64,000 bases of DNA, from positions 4,836,001-4,900,000 of the forward strand of contig JBHGNT010000022.1 in the NCBI GenBank assembly GCA_043228905.1. Reading direction: 5' to 3'. This document shows positions 58,961-64,000 of this stretch, in pieces. The notes under the pieces were generated by a model. The model worked only from the letters and a program-made list of their open reading frames with translations. It made no database searches and was not told the DNA's origin. The position numbers and the translations under genes are program-made. Source of the stretch: Azolla caroliniana. Its lineage: Eukaryota > Plantae > Polypodiophyta. Numbering within the stretch: the stretch's first letter is position 1; every line of letters begins with the position of its first letter.

Positions 58961-61682
58961 CCACAGTACCCTTGGACGGAGACACGCCACAGAGAGTATG
59001 GACCGGCAAGGAAGTATCCTACCGGCATCTAAAGGTGTTCGGGTGTCTCGCGTATGTGCATGTAGCTAAGGACCGGAGAGGAAAGTTAGATCCAAAGACC
59101 CGGCCATGCATATTCCTCGGTTACGGTGACGATGAGTTCGGCTACCGAGTGTGGGACCTGGTCGACAAGAAGTTATTCCGGAGTCGAGATATTATCTTCA
59201 TGGACGACAAGAAGCTCGCCGACTAGGAGTCGGAGAAGAAGATAATGAACTCCGAGTCGACCGGTAAGGATAGACTCTACGATGAGCAGACCCGACTGGC
59301 AAGAGACCGGTTAGCACTCGAGGGACCAGCCGGTTACGGTGAGGATACCGAACAGGCTGAAGAAGAAGTAGAGGAAGCTGAAACCGGAACCGGCCAAGAC
59401 CCCGAATCGGATTCAGATGAAGAGCAAATGGAAGAGCCGGTTACCGAAGCCCGAAGATGGAGATATCCTCTCAAAGAGAGAAGGGCACCCCGGAGATCTC
59501 CGGATGCAGAGCATGTTCTGCTGACCGATGAGGGGGAGCCGGAAAGCTTCGAAGAAGCGAAGGATGACACCCACAGCCGCAAATGGTTAAGTGCCATGCA
59601 AGATGAGATGGATTCCCTGCATGAGAACCATACGTACGAATTGGTGGAGTTGTCGAAAGGAAAGCGGGCACTCCGAAACAAGTGGGTGTACAAGTTGAAA
59701 CCGGGAGATCCCGGCAACCCCCCGAGATACAAAGCCAAGATCATGGTGAAGGGGGTCCAACAGAAAAAAGGGCGTGGACTTTGACGAGATATTTGCCCCG
59801 GTAGTAAAGATGACCTCCATCCGGACGGTGCTGAGTATAGCGGCAAGCATGGACCTCGAGGTAGAACAGCTGGACGTGAAGACGGCATTCCTTCACGGCG
59901 ACCTCGAAGAAGAGATCTACATGCAGCAACCGGAAGGATTCGTGGAGAAAGGGAAGGAGCACCTGGTATGTCGGTTGAAGAAGAGCCTGTACGGACTGAA
60001 GCAAGCTCCCCGACAATGGTACCAGAAGTTCGACTCCTTCATGACCAATCAAGGGTACCACAAGACGCAGGCCGATCACTACGTGTTTGTGAAGAAGTTC
60101 GAAGGAGGTGACTTCCTGATACTCCTTCTGTACGTGGATGACATGTTGATCGTCGGACGGGACCAAGTCAAAATACGGATGCTGAAGAAGGCTCTCAACC
60201 TGACCTTCTCAATGAAAGACTTGGGTCCGGCAAGACAGATGTTGGGGATGCATATCATCCGGAACCGGCCAATGAAGCAATTGTGGCTGTCACAGGAGAA
60301 GTACGTGACAAAGGTGCTTCACCGGTTCAACATGTCATATGCGAAACCGGTCGGATCGACACTTCTGGCTAACTGCAGGTTATCCAGTAAGCAAGAGAAG
60401 GCGGTTATGATGAAGATTCCATATGCCTCTGCCGTCGGGAGCTTAATGTACGCAATGGTGTGTACTCGACCGGATATAGGATACGTAGTCGGAGTGGTGA
60501 GCTGGTTTATGAGCAATCCCGGCAAGGAGCACTGGAACGCGGTCAAATGGATACTCCGGTATTTGAAGGGCACTTCAAATATGTGTCTCCGATTCTGCTC
60601 CGGAAAACCTCAACTTGACGGTTTCACCGATTCGGACATGTCGGCTGATGTGGATACTAGCCGGTCTACATCCGGGTATGTAATGACATATGCAAGGGGA
60701 GCTGTTTCGTGGCAGTCGAGGCTGCAGAAGATGGTTGCATTGTCAACCACGGAGGCGGAGTACATGGCGGTTGTGGAAGCCGGCAAGGAAATATTATGGA
60801 TGAAGGACTTCATTGGAGAGCTCGGTATCCGGCAAGATGAATACCGACTCTATTGCGACAGTCAAAGTGCCATCCATCTTGCTAAGAATGCGGCCTACCA
60901 TTCCCGGACGAAGCATATACAGCGAAGATATCACTGGATCCGGGAAAGAGTAGATGACTAGGAGTTCGCACTAACGAAGATCCACACGGCCGAGAACGGG
61001 TCAGATATGCTGACCAAAGTGCTGATACCCGACAAGTTGGACGCATGCCGGAAGAGGATCGGACTAGTAAGACACCCCATGCCGGAGTGAAGGGGGAGTT
61101 TGTTGCGAGACAGGTCCCTCCGGATGGGAAGGGAGGAGAAGAGTGCTGATGAACAAACTCATCCTCCGGAACCGGATGAGGAGTACCCGGCTACGGAGAG
61201 CCGGATGGTGCAGACCTAGTGAGAACCGGATGAAGAGACATATTCGTAAATATGTTTCTGAGAGTCCATAGAGGCTATATTTGTAAATAGCCGAAAAGTC
61301 ATATTAGTATAAATTTGACTTAGGGCAAACTTTTAGTTGTTGTTGTCATTCTTGTTGGTGCAAGGAGAGAGAGAGTGTGTAACTGTGTACATAGAGAGAG
61401 AGAGAGAGAGAGAAAGAGGTCGTTGCCTCTGTTGTAACCGCCGCCTGTGGCGAGGATCGTGAGCACGAGGTCGTTGCCTCCGTGAACTCACTATTGTACA
61501 TTCTAGCATAGTGATAGTTTGCAGCCTGTGGGCTGCCGTGGTTTTTCCCTTACTTTGGGTTTTCCACGTAAACATCCTGTGTACTCTTCTCTCTTCTGTG
61601 TCGAACATCTATTTCCCGTTTTCTGTGTATGATTCTAAGCTTGCTTGTGGCCGAGCGTTGCGAAGCGTTTTAGTTCCCGTCA
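58961..61682 (+). mobile_element. Copia B4, 5'-truncated (integrase end, RT, RNase H, 3' LTR 61101-61682), inserted in the D0 5' LTR
   Basis: 395-aa RT-RNase H ORF at 59774-60961. PPT AGTGAAGGGGGAG. LTR with one 54-bp unit. Very similar to B2. Confidence 0.92.
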
Positions 61683-62001
61683 GAACAACAATATGTGATG
61701 GAGATCAACAAGTTGATGAGCAACTAAGCAAGATGTGCATATTAACAAGTTGAAGGCAAACTAAACAGAAATCAAGATCTAAGACAAAGTGTGAGAGAGA
61801 GACACACAAAGGGGCCCAAACAGAGTAACTGTATTATTCAAATGTTACAGTACAAAAGAATGGAAACAATAGTCTTCTCATAAACTAGGTTACAAGCTTA
61901 GTATATATAATAACTAAACTAGGGCAACTGCCCTTTAGTCTAATTACAAACATGTCCAAGTGGGACAGTGTGAATATGTCCATTATACCCCGTATTCGAC
62001 A

Positions 62002-62417
62002 AGTTATATGTTGTGTGCATATGCGTGATAGACTTTCAACTTTTTTCAGTAGCATTATTGCTGTTAAACAAAGATTCCCAATCTCACAAACTCTATTTGT
62101 TCTATCCATTGATGAATTGGAAGAAATCATTGCCAAATTTGTAAAGGAAGAAGTTGTCATCAGGAATGTCATCATTATGCTTTTGTTCTTCGCAGATGAT
62201 GTATTACTTTTTGCAAATACCTTAGGATATGCACAAAAGCTTATGAAGGCATTGGAAAATTTTGCATGCATACTAAATTAAGTGTCAACATCTCTAAAAC
62301 AAATATTATGTTTGTGAAGCGCCAAAAAGAAAAAGATAAACCATGCATTATGTACAATAATGAGCCACTTTAATGTGTGGAAAGCTTCAAAATCTTGGTC
62401 TTGAAGCTCTTTCAAAT
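62002..62417 (+). pseudogene. Same LINE RT, continuation after the 43-kb nest
   Basis: VICCVHMRD...AVKQRFPIS...LLFFADDVLL continues directly from EKV at 18718. TSD GGTTA/AGTTA. Confidence 0.85.
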
Positions 62418-64000
62418 TGAAAACGATTACTTGCGGAAATGTTAGAAAACTGAGAAAGCAGAGAATACACAGAGTACACGGGAGAGACAGAGAGAGCAGA
62501 AGGTAAAAGCTATATCCAAAACAATATAAACACTCTCTATCACTTACAACTGTGCTCAGTAGCATTATTTATACAAGTCCTCGTGGGACTGACAGAAGTA
62601 CCGCGTACTTCAATGCTCACACAAGCATCTAACACTTACTACGAGACTATAACTGCCTAGTAGTCTAAACTAATACTAGGCTTCTGGTTACCGATTGGAT
62701 CCGGCTAACCGGCTCTATTGCTTGCCAGTTTGGTTGCTCGTCGGCTTACCGATCTGTCTCGCTCACCGGCTCAGGCTTATCCAGCCGATCCGGCTCCAGT
62801 TGAGCTTGTTGCTCAACACTCCCCCTCAAGCTCAACTTGAGGTTGGATCCTAGTGTCAGCCTCTATGGCAGTCGGTTCTTCCAACTGACTTCTCTTAGCA
62901 TCGCTCCGCCTTGCTCGCGCTCCTTGTCCAGTCCGGTTCTGTTTGACACGACCCTTCTGGTTCTGCGCGTCTCGACCTTCTTGGTCGGCATGTCTACTCA
63001 ATAGGCCCCTCTCAGCTCCTTCGCTGCTATGACTCCGGTGCTTGCCGATCCGTCGGCTCCTCCGCGATGGCATCGACTTTCGTTGCATCTATGTCTGCTT
63101 GGCCTCCAGTTGATTCGGTTCATCTAGATCCGTCTGTTGGTCCGAATCGATTGTCCCTGATTCGTTCCAGCTCTTGTCCGAGACGGTATCCTCCGACTCG
63201 TCTTTCGGTTTAAGGCCCTTCACCACATCATACCACATCCGGGTCTTGGCCTTGCTTCCATCCTTGGCTTCTTCAGCCTCCTTGTCTCCCCCTCTTCCGG
63301 TTCTTCCCTTACCAGTGTCGGCAACAGTCTCTTTGCCTTTGCCCGTTCCGGCAGTGTCTTTGCCCCTTCTTCTCCCCCTCAAGTGCGGCACGTCGAGATG
63401 TTGAACACCAAGCATGTCGGTAAAGTGTTGCAACTTGTCTGATCCGAATGGCTTGGTGAAGATATCGGCAACTTGCCGATCCATGTGAACATACCGTAGT
63501 TCAACTTCACCGCTCAGGACCCACTCACGCACAAAGTGATAATGCACTTCTATGTGCTTCGTGCGAGCATGGAACACAGGGTTCTTTGCGAGTTGCATGC
63601 TGCTGATGTTATCACAATAAATCGGGATCGGGGTCGGTACCTCGATCCGCAAGTCTCGTAGCAGTTGCCGAAGCCAAATGGCTTCACAGGTGGCAACGGT
63701 CGTGCCCCGATACTCAGCCTCAATGCTTGACAGAGCCACAGTTGGTTGCTTTTTGCTGCTCCACGCAACAGCTACGCTCCCAAGGGAAAACATAAAACCG
63801 GAAGTGGATCTGCGATTTGACGCATCGCCAGCCCAGTCGGCATCCGTGTAACCGACTAGCTCTACGGTTATACCTCGTAGGTATAACAGTCCCCGGTCCT
63901 TCGTGCCACTTACATATCGCAGTATCCGTTGCGCGCACTGAAGGTGCTCCACGATCGGCTTCTGCATGAACTGACTTATCATTCCGACCGGATAGCTGAT
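62418..64000 (-). mobile_element. Copia A4, 3' part (RT end, RNase H with extension, 3' LTR 62418-62818), inserted in the LINE; runs off the window
   Basis: YTDADWAG, SSKKQPTVALSS, KHIEVHYHFVRE. PPT at 62819-62830. LTR similar to A3. Confidence 0.92.

Larger units (their letters stand above)
18719..62001 (-). mobile_element. Old Ty1/copia D0, outermost LTR element of the nest; LTRs 18719-19087 (3') and 61683-62001 (5', partial); RT/RNase H remnants at 19088-19371 and 50970-52217
   Basis: Homologous, diverged LTR pair. TSD GGTTA/AGTTA. PPT at 19088. RNase H rejoins across G1 (GLEKIPTIVN|VVDRMTKCL). Gag, integrase and PBS are missing. Confidence 0.82.

Overview
A gene-free, heterochromatin-like block of eukaryotic DNA, probably from a seedless land plant (bryophyte/lycophyte/fern; inferred from the element families, not proven). 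It consists almost entirely of nested retrotransposons. I resolve about 18 insertions: three Ty1/copia families (A x4, B x4, D x3), a Tcn1/Tf1-sushi-like chromovirus family (G1-G3), another chromovirus (G4), the 3' end of a non-chromovirus gypsy, two solo LTRs of one unassigned family (E1, E2), and an RTE-like LINE split by a 43-kb nest. One copia (34476-39853) looks intact and very recent. No host gene is supported. The most unusual signals are: (1) antisense tRNA-like Pol III (A/B-box) modules in the U3 of two unrelated LTR families; (2) a ~170-190 aa in-frame acidic-then-basic extension of copia RNase H, bracketed by a duplicated PPT, in four divergent copies; (3) a Tf1-type self-priming PBS with covariation, plus a G_UUA_AAC -1 frameshift signal, in the Tcn1-like family; (4) solo LTRs with 4-bp TSDs at the same GCGT target. 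Coordinates were read by eye and may be off by a few bases. Family labels A, B, D, E and G are my own.
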